Below, piece by piece: positions 29,283 through 38,916 of a stretch of 64,000 bases of DNA. The notes below the pieces were generated by a model, which worked only from the letters and a program-made list of their open reading frames with translations, was not told where the DNA came from and searched no databases. This DNA comes from a virus, in the IMG/VR virus record IMGVR_UViG_3300023504_000391, positions 51,299-115,298 of that record; one strand, written 5' to 3'. Position numbers and translations under genes: made by a program. Positions within the stretch are counted from its first letter, which is position 1; the number at the start of each line of letters is the position of its first letter.

Positions 29283-29827
29283 AAGTAGAATTAATTAAAT
29301 ATATTATTGGCGACAAAATTACATATAAATATAGGCAGTTTCACTATTGCTGTCAGAAATTAGAACGCAACCCTATGATTCGATTAACAAATAGTATTGA
29401 AACACCTGAATTATTTTGCTCTGGTTGTGACAACAGAGATACTTATCCAGATGACGAATGTAAGAAGTGTAAGTGTTTAGATAAGATTGATTACAGTAAT
29501 GGTTTTCCTAAGTTTAAGTTATGTAAACAAGAGCTATTACAAAATTGGGATAGTTTGCAGAAAGTAAATTATAACTCTACTATTCATTATTGCCCTTATT
29601 GTGGAGAGAAAATAGAAGTAGAAGTTGTTAAAGAAGTAGACATCACTTTTAAATACGAAAGACTTTTAGACAAGCTTAGAAAACTAGAGCGCCAGAAACA
29701 GAATGCGTGGAAAAATAAAAAGGCAAATAGAGAATATATAAATAGTCAGATTAAAAGGCTTAGAGATATATTGAATAGTTACAATTATATCTCTTGTGAA
29801 CTCAGAGACTTGGAGGAAATAAAATGA
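29279..29827 (+). CDS. hypothetical Cys-rich zinc-ribbon protein (GTG start overlapping the upstream stop)
   Basis: GTGA overlap implies translational coupling; several CxxC pairs. Confidence 0.55.
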   Translation: MKVELIKYIIGDKITYKYRQFHYCCQKLERNPMIRLTNSIETPELFCSGCDNRDTYPDDECKKCKCLDKIDYSNGFPKFKLCKQELLQNWDSLQKVNYNSTIHYCPYCGEKIEVEVVKEVDITFKYERLLDKLRKLERQKQNAWKNKKANREYINSQIKRLRDILNSYNYISCELRDLEEIK

Positions 29828-30084
29828 ACAATGAATCAAATTGGATTTCTGTTAAAGAGAGATTACCTAATAAAAATGGGCAATATATTACAGTTGGGAA
29901 TAATAAAGTTATTGAAATAAATTATTGGAATAAGAACTTATATAAAGTAGACAACTATGATTTTTTTGACAAGAAAAACAAAAATGGGTTCTATAACTAT
30001 GATTCAGAATATGGATACTATGAAGTAACTGATTCTATAACGCATTGGATGCTACTTCCTGAATTGCCAAAGGAGTTGAGATGA
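29824..30084 (+). CDS. DUF551-family phage protein
   Basis: N-terminal WISVKERLPNKNGQYIT matches the DUF551 signature; ATGA overlap with the upstream gene. Confidence 0.65.
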   Translation: MNNESNWISVKERLPNKNGQYITVGNNKVIEINYWNKNLYKVDNYDFFDKKNKNGFYNYDSEYGYYEVTDSITHWMLLPELPKELR

Positions 30085-30085
30085 T

Positions 30086-30325
30086 ATGACACAATTAGAG
30101 AAGATAGATTATGCAATTAAATCTCTTGAGATAGCAAAAGCCGAAGTACAAAAGGTTAAGAGCGGCAAAGGAAACGGTAGGAGTGGAACGGTTATTAGAG
30201 AGTCGTTAAAAATGGCGTCAAGAATAACACGTCAAGTAGCGAATAGTTGCATTTTGGGTTGCACTTGTTTGCGTAGACAACATGGAATCTTTGCAAACGA
30301 TGAAGACGAAGAATCTGACAATTAA
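30086..30325 (+). CDS. hypothetical protein
   Basis: GGAGTTGAGATG RBS. Confidence 0.55.
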   Translation: MTQLEKIDYAIKSLEIAKAEVQKVKSGKGNGRSGTVIRESLKMASRITRQVANSCILGCTCLRRQHGIFANDEDEESDN

Positions 30326-30638
30326 TGAAATCGGTATTTTAAAGCAGGTGATTAAGTTGAAATACATAGAGAATATAGTAATAGGAAAGCCTTTAGTTTC
30401 TCCTAAAGATATTTTTGCTTTAGATGAAACTGACTGGAAAAACTTTGAGCAGGAAAAAACCTATTATACAGAAGAAAGATACTTGCCAAAAATTCTTGTT
30501 GAGTTAGGTATTTATCCGTCAATAAGCGAAATCCGAAGAAATAAGCCAAATCTTGTTGTCAATTTGGATAAAGTAGACTTCATCAACGAATTGAAGATCA
30601 GCAAGAAGAGAAAAATATGGATTTTAGTAGGAGAATAA
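30300..30638 (+). CDS. hypothetical protein (start uncertain)
   Basis: ORF 30282..30638 overlapping the end of the upstream gene. Confidence 0.45.
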   Translation: MKTKNLTINEIGILKQVIKLKYIENIVIGKPLVSPKDIFALDETDWKNFEQEKTYYTEERYLPKILVELGIYPSISEIRRNKPNLVVNLDKVDFINELKISKKRKIWILVGE

Positions 30639-30642
30639 AACA

Positions 30643-30900
30643 ATGAGAAAATTTTTATTAATTATATTGGGTTTAATGTTGTTTTTTTGTGTGGTGGGAG
30701 GTAAAGACGCAGCTGTCTTTTCAATAGGAGCATCAGATTTAAGATCTAAATATATGGATTTGGTTGCAATACCTTCAAGTGATATTGGAGCGACAATAAG
30801 ATATGATAAAAATACCAAAGTAATGTATTATGAATGCCAAAATGGTATCACACCTATATATAATTCAGACGGAACAGTTAAATTATATGACGGAGAATAA
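30643..30900 (+). CDS. hypothetical secreted protein (signal peptide)
   Basis: GGAGAATAAAACA RBS; N-terminal MRKFLLIILGLMLFFCVVGG. Confidence 0.6.
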   Translation: MRKFLLIILGLMLFFCVVGGKDAAVFSIGASDLRSKYMDLVAIPSSDIGATIRYDKNTKVMYYECQNGITPIYNSDGTVKLYDGE

Positions 30901-30902
30901 AG

Positions 30903-31406
30903 ATGAGTACAAATTATTACATGATAATAACAGATAAAAATCTTGTAGAAAAGTATTTTCCAGATGAGTATCGAATTGTGGATAAACCATATTGGGGATA
31001 TGAAATACATATAGGTAAAAGAAGCTATGGTTGGTGTCCTATATTTGAAAGACATAACAAAGCATATAAGTCGGTGAAAGAAATGATAGAATTTTTATCC
31101 AGATATCACGATGTTATAGGTATTTATGATGAATATGGTACTGAGATTTCAATTAAGGAATTACAAGAGGAACTTATTGATTGGAAAGAACATCAGGAAA
31201 TTAGATATATGAAATATGTTCCAAAAGGCGTTCCTGATGAATTGTTTGGTGGAACTAAGTATTTTATTGAAGGAACGAAGGATGATTATGATATTACCAT
31301 TCCTTATGACCATATTGAATATGTCAAATTAAATCGTTTTGAGGCTGCTTCTTATTTTTATAGAGATGAAGATGGTTATGTGTTTATAGATGGAGAATTT
31401 TGTTAG
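30903..31406 (+). CDS. hypothetical protein
   Basis: GGAGAATAAAG RBS. Confidence 0.6.
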   Translation: MSTNYYMIITDKNLVEKYFPDEYRIVDKPYWGYEIHIGKRSYGWCPIFERHNKAYKSVKEMIEFLSRYHDVIGIYDEYGTEISIKELQEELIDWKEHQEIRYMKYVPKGVPDELFGGTKYFIEGTKDDYDITIPYDHIEYVKLNRFEAASYFYRDEDGYVFIDGEFC

Positions 31407-31424
31407 GAAGGAGTGAAGTTATAT

Positions 31425-31565
31425 ATGTCGGTATTTTCAATTCTATTATGCATTGCATTAATAGTCTTATGGCTTTTGATGTCACCATTGTTCATAAAGA
31501 TTGGTTCGTGGGTAATGGATATAGTAAATAGTTTTATAAATGAAGACGAAGAAAAGGAGAATTAA
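31425..31565 (+). CDS. hypothetical small membrane protein, immediately upstream of the SPFH gene (NfeD-like partner candidate)
   Basis: GGAAGGAGTG RBS; hydrophobic ILLCIALIVLWLLMSPLFI segment; acidic C-terminus. Confidence 0.4.
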   Translation: MSVFSILLCIALIVLWLLMSPLFIKIGSWVMDIVNSFINEDEEKEN

Positions 31566-31568
31566 AAA

Positions 31569-32438
31569 ATGAAAAAGACAATTGGTGGAATTATATCAGG
31601 TATAGTATTACTTATAGTAGTGATTTTATTAGTAAAATCAACAGTAAGAGTGCCTGCTGGTTATGTGGCAATACAATATAGCATGAATGGTGGCGTTAAA
31701 GACAAGGTTTTAACTCAAGGTTGGCATTTCAAATCACCTATAGTAAAGACGACTTTGTATTCAACAAGTCTTGAACAGTCTTATTTAACAGCTGGTAAGA
31801 ATGGAGATTCTGGGGAGAATGATAGCTTCTCAGCCAGTTCATCAGAAGGTAAGGCTATGCAGATAGACCTTACATTTACGTATCAATATAATTCCGACAA
31901 GGTTGCTGATTTATTCACAAGATTTCGTGGTCAGGCTGGTAGAGAAGTAAGAGATAGTTTCATTAAACCAAATATTATCTCTTGGACTAAAGAAGTAGTA
32001 GCAAATTATAAGGTATCAGATATTCTTGGTTCAGAAAGAGCAAATGTTAATACTACACTTACAAATTATCTTAATAAGAAGTTTGAACCTTACGGCATAA
32101 CAATAAGTAATGTTTCACTTATTAATATTACTGTTGATGAAAAGACTCAGGAAGCTATTAACGCAAAGATTACAGCACAGCAGGCAGCAGAAACACAGGA
32201 AATTAATAATCAGACTGCTATTAAAAAGGCAAAAGCCGATGCTGAAAAGACAAGAACAGAAGCACAGGCTAAAGCAGACGCTGAATTAATCGAAGCAAAA
32301 GCTCAAGCAGAAGCAAATAAACAGTTAAGTTCTTCTATTACCGATGAACTTATCAGAATGAAAGAAGCTGAAGCTAGAGTTAAGCATGGTTGGGTAACAA
32401 TTAATGGTACATCAACTGTAGTAACAGATAAGAAGTGA
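31569..32438 (+). CDS. SPFH/band-7 (stomatin/prohibitin-like) membrane protein
   Basis: N-terminal TM helix, then a band-7-like domain and an Ala/Glu/Lys/Gln-rich coiled-coil tail (AKADAEKTRTEAQAKADAELIEAKAQAEANKQ). Confidence 0.75.
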   Translation: MKKTIGGIISGIVLLIVVILLVKSTVRVPAGYVAIQYSMNGGVKDKVLTQGWHFKSPIVKTTLYSTSLEQSYLTAGKNGDSGENDSFSASSSEGKAMQIDLTFTYQYNSDKVADLFTRFRGQAGREVRDSFIKPNIISWTKEVVANYKVSDILGSERANVNTTLTNYLNKKFEPYGITISNVSLINITVDEKTQEAINAKITAQQAAETQEINNQTAIKKAKADAEKTRTEAQAKADAELIEAKAQAEANKQLSSSITDELIRMKEAEARVKHGWVTINGTSTVVTDKK

Positions 32439-32459
32439 TATTAAAAAGGGAATATACAT

Positions 32460-32651
32460 ATGAGACAGATTGATAGATTAAGGAATATGTCATTGGAAGA
32501 GATTGCGCCATTGTTAGTTAGTATGACAAGAGTCGATTTAGACGGGTTTAAATTTTCTATTCCCAATGGCGAAACATTCATCAGAAAAGAAGATGCTATC
32601 AATGCCTGTATAACGTGGTTGGATAGTGAGTACGAAAGGATGAATATATGA
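32460..32651 (+). CDS. hypothetical small protein
   Basis: ORF on the coding strand; ATGA overlap with the next gene. Confidence 0.5.
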   Translation: MRQIDRLRNMSLEEIAPLLVSMTRVDLDGFKFSIPNGETFIRKEDAINACITWLDSEYERMNI

Positions 32652-33157
32652 GTATAAAGAAATTTATTAAGAGCACGATAGCTATAACGGCAATAGTCGT
32701 TAGTTGCTTAAATACATATGGAGCTAGTTATACAACAAAGGCAGTTCCTGTAGGAGCAAGTAAGAAGACTTATATGAGTTATAAATCTATAACGGACAGA
32801 ACTTCTTGCCAATATAAACTACAGAAAAGAGCAACTACTGGCAAGTATGGTATTCGAACTATTGATGGCAGATACTGTATTGCTGTAGGTAGCTATTACT
32901 GTACAACAATTGGTACAAAACTAGATATTATTATGGAGAATGGAACAATAGTTAAATGTGTTCTTGCAGACGGTAAAGATAATAAACATACCGATTCAAG
33001 TAACAGACTTGGTAAAAATGGTTGTATCGTAGAATTCATTGTTGATACTAAATCATTAGATAAGACTTGTAAGAAAATGGGAGACATGTCTTATGTTTCG
33101 TCTGGTGGTCTAAAAGGAGCAGTAAAGTCTATTAGAGTATATGATGAAACTGTATAA
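32648..33157 (+). CDS. secreted protein with a 3D/DPBB-like C-terminal domain (possible cell-wall-active protein)
   Basis: Signal peptide MSIKKFIKSTIAITAIVVSCLNTYGAS; ..IGTKLDIIMENGTIVKCVLADGKD...GCIVEFIVD resembles a double-psi beta-barrel / 3D-domain pattern. Confidence 0.45.
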   Translation: MSIKKFIKSTIAITAIVVSCLNTYGASYTTKAVPVGASKKTYMSYKSITDRTSCQYKLQKRATTGKYGIRTIDGRYCIAVGSYYCTTIGTKLDIIMENGTIVKCVLADGKDNKHTDSSNRLGKNGCIVEFIVDTKSLDKTCKKMGDMSYVSSGGLKGAVKSIRVYDETV

Positions 33158-33160
33158 ATA

Positions 33161-33466
33161 ATGTTAAAGGGAGTGGATAATGTGAAAGAATATGATGTTA
33201 CTCTTACGGCAACAGATTATAAAAAGAAACAACATCGCAAGAGAAGAAAAAGCGAATATAAATATAAGAAGCATTTGCAAAAAATACATAGCTTTGGTCA
33301 TTATCCACCTCCAGTTGATATAATCTCTAAATCTTATGTTCGCTCTAATTGGAGTTTATTTAAATACGCCAAGAAGTATGCAAACAGAATAGTACGAAGA
33401 AAAAAGAGTGAACTATATAATAAACGAAGTTTCAAAAAAATAGTCGACTTTGAAGATTGGATGTGA
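33161..33466 (+). CDS. hypothetical highly basic (Lys/Arg-rich) protein, likely nucleic-acid binding
   Basis: KKKQHRKRRKSEYKYKKHLQK ... RIVRRKKSELYNKRSFKK; start uncertain (ATG 33161 or GTG 33182). Confidence 0.5.
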   Translation: MLKGVDNVKEYDVTLTATDYKKKQHRKRRKSEYKYKKHLQKIHSFGHYPPPVDIISKSYVRSNWSLFKYAKKYANRIVRRKKSELYNKRSFKKIVDFEDWM

Positions 33467-33795
33467 TATGGATGTTGATAGGCTTTTTAGAATTTGTTTT
33501 AGTTATATATTTAATATTTGTAAATCTTGCGGAATTTTTAGTTTTATTGACAATGATGAGCGAATCATATGATAGATATACGAATCAACAATAATTGATT
33601 TTTGTTTATATGTTATTTTTAGAAATATTATTGAAAGATATTTTGATTTTACTGAAAATAACATATTTGGAATTTGTTTAAAATTAACTTATTTTTTCAG
33701 TTCTATTCCAAGTATTATCATAGTAGCTCTAGTAACAATGTCTTTCAATTTAGTCGAAAGATTTATTAAATTGGGCAACAAAAAGTGAAAATAAT

Positions 33796-33815
33796 TGTGA
33801 TGAGTTAACTCATCA
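33796..33815. repeat. 20-bp perfect palindrome GTGATGAGTTAACTCATCAC 7 nt upstream of the tRNA
   Basis: Self-complementary sequence read directly. Confidence 0.7.
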
Positions 33816-33822
33816 CAAAATA

Positions 33823-33894
33823 TAGGGCTATCGCCAAGCGGTAAGGCACAGGGTTTTGATCTCTGCATCCATCGGTTCGAATCCGATTAGCCCT
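33823..33894 (+). tRNA. tRNA-Gln (anticodon UUG), CCA not encoded
   Basis: Manual cloverleaf: acceptor AGGGCTA/TAGCCCT, D-arm GCC-AAGCGGTAA-GGC, anticodon stem CAGGG/CTCTG with loop TTTTGAT, T-arm ATCGG-TTCGAAT-CCGAT. Confidence 0.8.
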
Positions 33895-33925
33895 GTTATT
33901 TACAGTAAGAAAGGAGAATAAGAAA

Positions 33926-34597
33926 GTGTTTATTTTAACTAATGGTAAAAATTATGTGATGGAAAATCCTATGAAGATAGGTGAGTATCTAGCAACTACT
34001 TCGCCATTAAAAGCAAAACAATTTACATATAAACAAGCAAGGTCATTAGTCCAGAGAGGTGGTAAAAGGTTATCATGGCTAAAAAACTATCAGCTTGTTG
34101 ATGTAGATAAAAATGAAGAATCAGAATTATCTCTTTATTATAAGGGTAATGATGGAGTTTATATGGATGATAGCGATTTTGACTATACTATGCTTGATAA
34201 GATAATAAACGAAACAAATAATCTTCTAGGATTAGCAGGCTGGGATATGGAGCAGCTTAATACATATAAAAACTTATTTATAGCAGAATTGAGTAGATGT
34301 GATAGTGTCGAATCTGATATTGAGCATGCTTTACAGACTTATAAAGAAAATAGAGGTGGTAAAAAGCCACAGGCTCATAGAATGGCAAAAGTTGGCTACT
34401 TGCTAGATGATATTAGAGACAGGCATAAGAAATTAAAGCAGTGTATAAGATTCATTCAGGTTATGGAAGATGCTATCACTCATCAATATACCATTGGTAA
34501 GATAAAACTTGAGTTAAGCAAAGTTAGTTCTTCTGAATATAAAGGGAGAACTAAATATTATAAAGTAGCTTTGGAACTATTAGGTGGTGAAAACTAA
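33926..34597 (+). CDS. hypothetical protein (GTG start)
   Basis: AGAAAGGAGAA RBS before GTG. Confidence 0.6.
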   Translation: MFILTNGKNYVMENPMKIGEYLATTSPLKAKQFTYKQARSLVQRGGKRLSWLKNYQLVDVDKNEESELSLYYKGNDGVYMDDSDFDYTMLDKIINETNNLLGLAGWDMEQLNTYKNLFIAELSRCDSVESDIEHALQTYKENRGGKKPQAHRMAKVGYLLDDIRDRHKKLKQCIRFIQVMEDAITHQYTIGKIKLELSKVSSSEYKGRTKYYKVALELLGGEN

Positions 34598-34830
34598 TGT
34601 TTGGAATTATGGCATGTAAAGCTGGTTTGATTGGTTTTGTAGTCGGCGTAGTAGGATATTTGTTGGTTCTTTTTGGATTTAAAGAATTGAGAAATATGTG
34701 TGTAAAATTATTTGATATAAAGCATATTATCGGCAGTTCCATTATATATGGAATGCTTATTGGATTAAGTGTTACATTTGTTGGAATAATTGTTGAAAGC
34801 GCCAAAACGTTATTTAAAGTAATGCAATAA
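34597..34830 (+). CDS. hypothetical small membrane protein (two TM helices; holin-like topology)
   Basis: ATG overlaps the upstream stop (TAATG); two hydrophobic helices. Confidence 0.5.
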   Translation: MFGIMACKAGLIGFVVGVVGYLLVLFGFKELRNMCVKLFDIKHIIGSSIIYGMLIGLSVTFVGIIVESAKTLFKVMQ

Positions 34831-34856
34831 ATAATTTATATAAAGGAGAAATTAAA

Positions 34857-35306
34857 ATGGCAGTATTAAAAAATTTTAAAAACGATGAATTAATTGTAAG
34901 TTGCAAGTGTGGTTGTAATGATGGTATACATATAAAAATTAATAAAGAAGAAGACGAAACAGATCGTGCCTTTATCGCTTTCACTAATGGCAACTTCTAT
35001 AAAGAACAAGGCAGCTCATTTATTAAAAAGCTTCAGAAAATTTGGGCGATTATTGCAAATAAGGATTTTTACTACTCTGATATTATTATGACTGAAAAAG
35101 ATTTCAAGGAGTTTGCAAATTGGGTTGTTAGTAAAGGTAAAATGTCTTCAATAGATATGGTGGAAAATATGTTGACAGAAATTGGAAATATATATCCAGA
35201 TAGAGAAATTATTATTGAAACAAATAATGGTTCAGTGTCTACGAAGTTATCAAAGGCAAACATTTATGTAGACGGTGACGAGAATTTACTTATTGATGCA
35301 GAATAA
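34857..35306 (+). CDS. hypothetical protein
   Basis: TAAAGGAGAA RBS. Confidence 0.65.
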   Translation: MAVLKNFKNDELIVSCKCGCNDGIHIKINKEEDETDRAFIAFTNGNFYKEQGSSFIKKLQKIWAIIANKDFYYSDIIMTEKDFKEFANWVVSKGKMSSIDMVENMLTEIGNIYPDREIIIETNNGSVSTKLSKANIYVDGDENLLIDAE

Positions 35307-35317
35307 GGAGGATTATT

Positions 35318-35710
35318 ATGGCAAAATTAAAATTAGAAGGTTTCACTAAGGTAGCTGTTATTAACTATGGTTGTAATTCATATCATTTTGCAATTTATGA
35401 AGATGGCAATGATTATAATGTTGGAGATTATGTTATATTGAGTGGTAGTTCTGTTCCAGAAAAGATTTCTGAAATTATTAGTGTAGAAGAAGCAGCCGAA
35501 AGATGCAAAAAGAATATCACAGCAGAAGTTATAGGTAAAGTTGATATTTCAGCATTTGAAAAACGAGTTGAACAACGCAAAGAAAAAGAGAAGTTAAAGA
35601 AAGAAATGAACAAGCGTAAACAGGAAATTCAGAAGATATTGGATGACGAATATTATGCTTCTAATGACGAAGTTTATGCCAAGATGTTAAAGAGATATAG
35701 AGGCATGTAG
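35318..35710 (+). CDS. hypothetical protein with a Lys/Glu-rich coiled-coil C-terminus
   Basis: ATAAGGAGG RBS. Confidence 0.65.
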   Translation: MAKLKLEGFTKVAVINYGCNSYHFAIYEDGNDYNVGDYVILSGSSVPEKISEIISVEEAAERCKKNITAEVIGKVDISAFEKRVEQRKEKEKLKKEMNKRKQEIQKILDDEYYASNDEVYAKMLKRYRGM

Positions 35711-35754
35711 ACGATGAAGATTGGTTTTCATTTGGAATTTAAAGGAGAGATTAG

Positions 35755-36144
35755 ATGTATACATGGACGACAGATGTAAGGGAAAAAGGATGGAATAATG
35801 AGACAAGAGATACTATCGAAGAATGCATAGAAGATGCAAAAGCGATGTATGAAGTAGTTTCTGAAGATGTAATTTATATTGGGAAATGCCAAGATGTGGG
35901 TTTTTGTGGTTTTGATTTTAGAAATGTTCTTATGAAGATGGAACAATATATAGATGAAGAAGGTGCTGTAATGTTAGCTGGAAGGGATATTTCTTCTACT
36001 TTTGGCAATTATGCTTATAGAATACCAATTTATAAAAAATACAATGAAAAGTTTTTGCAACTTGTAGAAGATTACATAAAAGAAATTGGTGAAACTCCAC
36101 ATGCTTATAACATTGTTGATATACAAGAAATTGAAGTTGATTAG
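35755..36144 (+). CDS. hypothetical protein
   Basis: AAAGGAGAG RBS. Confidence 0.6.
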   Translation: MYTWTTDVREKGWNNETRDTIEECIEDAKAMYEVVSEDVIYIGKCQDVGFCGFDFRNVLMKMEQYIDEEGAVMLAGRDISSTFGNYAYRIPIYKKYNEKFLQLVEDYIKEIGETPHAYNIVDIQEIEVD

Positions 36145-36156
36145 GAGAATAATTAA

Positions 36157-36378
36157 ATGAATAATTTAAAAGAAAATTTAACAAGAGGCGGTGTAACGGC
36201 AATTGTAGTTATTTTTATTCTAGCATGTTGTTATGGGGGTAGTTGGATTGTGATATGTGGAGTTATAAAGTTAATTACAATGTGCTTTGGACTGACATTT
36301 AAGTGGTCTATTGCAACTGGTATTTGGTTGATTATCCGTATTTTGAAGTCAATTTTTCATATAACAGTAGAAAAATAA
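36157..36378 (+). CDS. hypothetical small membrane protein
   Basis: TTAGGAGAA RBS; two hydrophobic helices. Confidence 0.55.
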   Translation: MNNLKENLTRGGVTAIVVIFILACCYGGSWIVICGVIKLITMCFGLTFKWSIATGIWLIIRILKSIFHITVEK

Positions 36379-36493
36379 ATTAATTAGATAGAAATAGCAA
36401 AAGATAAATAAAAATAAAGAGAATATAAAAATGTAACAAGGCAATAAGCCTAAATATAAAGTTTAAATTTCACAGTTAAAAGGAGAGAATATT

Positions 36494-37135
36494 ATGACAG
36501 TAGAAAAAATGACAATCCATAAAGCGCTTGCAGAATTAAAACTTATGGATGACAGAATTATTTCTGCAATTAATAATGGTGTTTATTGTGTAGCAAATAA
36601 ACATTCTAATGAAAAGATTAAAGGTGTTCCAGTTAAGGAATATGAAGGTGTTATGCAAGGTTGTTACGATAAGGCTACAGACCTTATTAAAAGGAGAAAT
36701 GCTATTAAAAGAGCGGTTGTTTTATCACATGCCGTTACAAAGGTTTTAGTCAATGATGCAGAATACACTGTGGCAGAAGCTATTGAAATGAAAAATCATG
36801 GTGTAGAGTTTGACGAAAGAATGCTTTGGGCATTGAAGCAATATTATGATAAGGCACAAGCTGAAATTCTCAAACAGAATGGTGATGACCTTGAAAAGCG
36901 AGCAGAACAGTATGTTATTGGTATCTATGGTTCTAAAGAAGGCAAGACTAATACAGATGATTTTGAAAAAACAAAGAAATATTTTATTAATGCAAATTCA
37001 TATGAGTTAGTTGACCCTATTAAGATTTTAGACAAGATTAATATACTAGAAGAAAAGATTGCTTCTTTTAAAGCAGAAATAGACTCTGCACTTTCAGTTA
37101 GTAATGCTATAACAGAAATTGAAATTAATTACTAA
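36494..37135 (+). CDS. hypothetical protein
   Basis: AAAAGGAGAG RBS. Confidence 0.65.
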   Translation: MTVEKMTIHKALAELKLMDDRIISAINNGVYCVANKHSNEKIKGVPVKEYEGVMQGCYDKATDLIKRRNAIKRAVVLSHAVTKVLVNDAEYTVAEAIEMKNHGVEFDERMLWALKQYYDKAQAEILKQNGDDLEKRAEQYVIGIYGSKEGKTNTDDFEKTKKYFINANSYELVDPIKILDKINILEEKIASFKAEIDSALSVSNAITEIEINY

Positions 37136-37824
37136 AAAGAGAATAGTTAATTAGAAGTTATTCATTGTTTACCGAAAACTTTAAACTACAACTCATCAGT
37201 CTTTTGCAGATATAGACTTATGTAAAACTGAAAAGAAATCTGTAGCTATTAAGTATTGTGTGATACATATTACCCAAACTTAAAATTTGGTAGAAATAAA
37301 ACATATAGAATATACAATTAATTATTACTTCGATATTTCGAGTATGTTCTGTAAAGTTTAAAGCTATAAAACTTAAACAATAACGCTAAAAACTCAAAGT
37401 TTTTATTATGAGTCAAAGTTAAAAGAGTAAACAGCAAAGATATAAAGATTTATCAAATCCTTGATATACAGTTTAGCATAGTTGTATTTGGCTATAAGCA
37501 CCTGCAAGGCTGGTAAATGGTGAATAATTTTATATAAAATTTTGAATGCTTAATGGAGTGTTTAAAAATACTCCCGCTTTCTTTTCTAATTTTTATTTTA
37601 ACCTATACTGATATAGGGTGGGTATTTAAGTGTGATAGACTTAAATATTCCATTAAACATTCAAATAAATGTTTGGATGAAATATAGATTTCAAAGGAGA
37701 ATTAAATGATAAGAGAAGATTAAACGAATTTAATTTATGTATGTTCGCATTACAGAAGAATTACGGTACAGGAGATAAAATATAAGCATGATACATTTTG
37801 AAGAATTTTAAAAGAGGTGGTTGT

Positions 37825-38298
37825 ATGTTAGTTCCCGCAATTTTGTACAAAGAACAGATTATGAAAGAATTTCAGAAGTATTTTTATACAACAGATATGT
37901 TATATGAAATGGGCTGTATGGGAAATTGGACACCGAATATATTCGATTGTCCTGACGGGAATCAGTTCCAGTATGCAATAGTTGATAAAAATGAAAATTT
38001 GATTGGTTACTTAGACTATTTAGTAGATTGGTATACATCTAATGCGTATAACTTCGGATTATTCTCATTTGATAGAGGAAATATAGTAATTGGAAGAGAT
38101 GTATTTGCTAAACTAGAAGAATTAGTTTGTGCATTGCATAGAGTTGAATGGAGAGCTGTTGGTGAAAATCCCGTCTGTAGAGGATATGATAAGTTTATTA
38201 AAAAGCATCATGGTAATAAACATATTTTAAAAGATTCTATTAAAGATAGAGATGGCAATTATCTTGATAGTGTTATTTATGAGATTGTAAAGAGATAA
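37825..38298 (+). CDS. hypothetical protein
   Basis: ORF 37798..38298; AAGAGGTGG RBS before ATG 37825. Confidence 0.6.
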   Translation: MLVPAILYKEQIMKEFQKYFYTTDMLYEMGCMGNWTPNIFDCPDGNQFQYAIVDKNENLIGYLDYLVDWYTSNAYNFGLFSFDRGNIVIGRDVFAKLEELVCALHRVEWRAVGENPVCRGYDKFIKKHHGNKHILKDSIKDRDGNYLDSVIYEIVKR

Positions 38299-38319
38299 TA
38301 TTATACTGGAGGATAAAAG

Positions 38320-38469
38320 ATGAAAATATTAAAATTTATTATTGGATTAGGACTTTGTGCTGTTTGCCTTTTTAAGCTTACTATGATGAATGATATAGCA
38401 GGGTTATTAGGATTTGGAGCATCCTTGGGAACAATGTTGTTTACAATGTCTTATTATATAAAGGAATAA
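38320..38469 (+). CDS. hypothetical small membrane protein
   Basis: TGGAGGATAAAAG RBS; 49 aa hydrophobic; not in the ORF track. Confidence 0.4.
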   Translation: MKILKFIIGLGLCAVCLFKLTMMNDIAGLLGFGASLGTMLFTMSYYIKE

Positions 38470-38488
38470 AAACACAGGAAAAATGATA

Positions 38489-38908
38489 ATGTCAAAAGAT
38501 AAAGAGTTAATAAGTAGGTTGCGAAACAAAGAAAGTATTAGATTAAGCGATATTTATGACAATGAAGAAGGTATAGAAAGTATAACTGGAAATCCAATAT
38601 GTGAGTCTGATGAAAATATAAAAGTTGAACTTTTAGGGCATGTAGAATTAAACGGAGTTAATGATTTCTTCGCATATGATAGAAATTTTCAGCCAGGAGA
38701 TGTAGTTAAGCATTTTAAAGGTGGTTTGTATACGATTGTTGCTATTGGAACTAATACAGAAACAGAAGAGGACATGGTTGTATATAAGAGTTTAAAAGAT
38801 CAAGAAGTGTGGATTAGACCATATGATATGTTTTCTAGTAAAGTAAATAAAAAGAAGTATCTAAATACTCATCAACCATATAGATTTGTTAAAGTAAAGA
38901 GAGTATAA
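38489..38908 (+). CDS. DUF1653-domain protein
   Basis: ..VVKHFKGGLYTIVAIGTNTETEEDMVVYKSL...WIRPYDMF.. matches the DUF1653 pattern. Confidence 0.65.
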   Translation: MSKDKELISRLRNKESIRLSDIYDNEEGIESITGNPICESDENIKVELLGHVELNGVNDFFAYDRNFQPGDVVKHFKGGLYTIVAIGTNTETEEDMVVYKSLKDQEVWIRPYDMFSSKVNKKKYLNTHQPYRFVKVKRV

Positions 38909-38916
38909 AACTGGAG

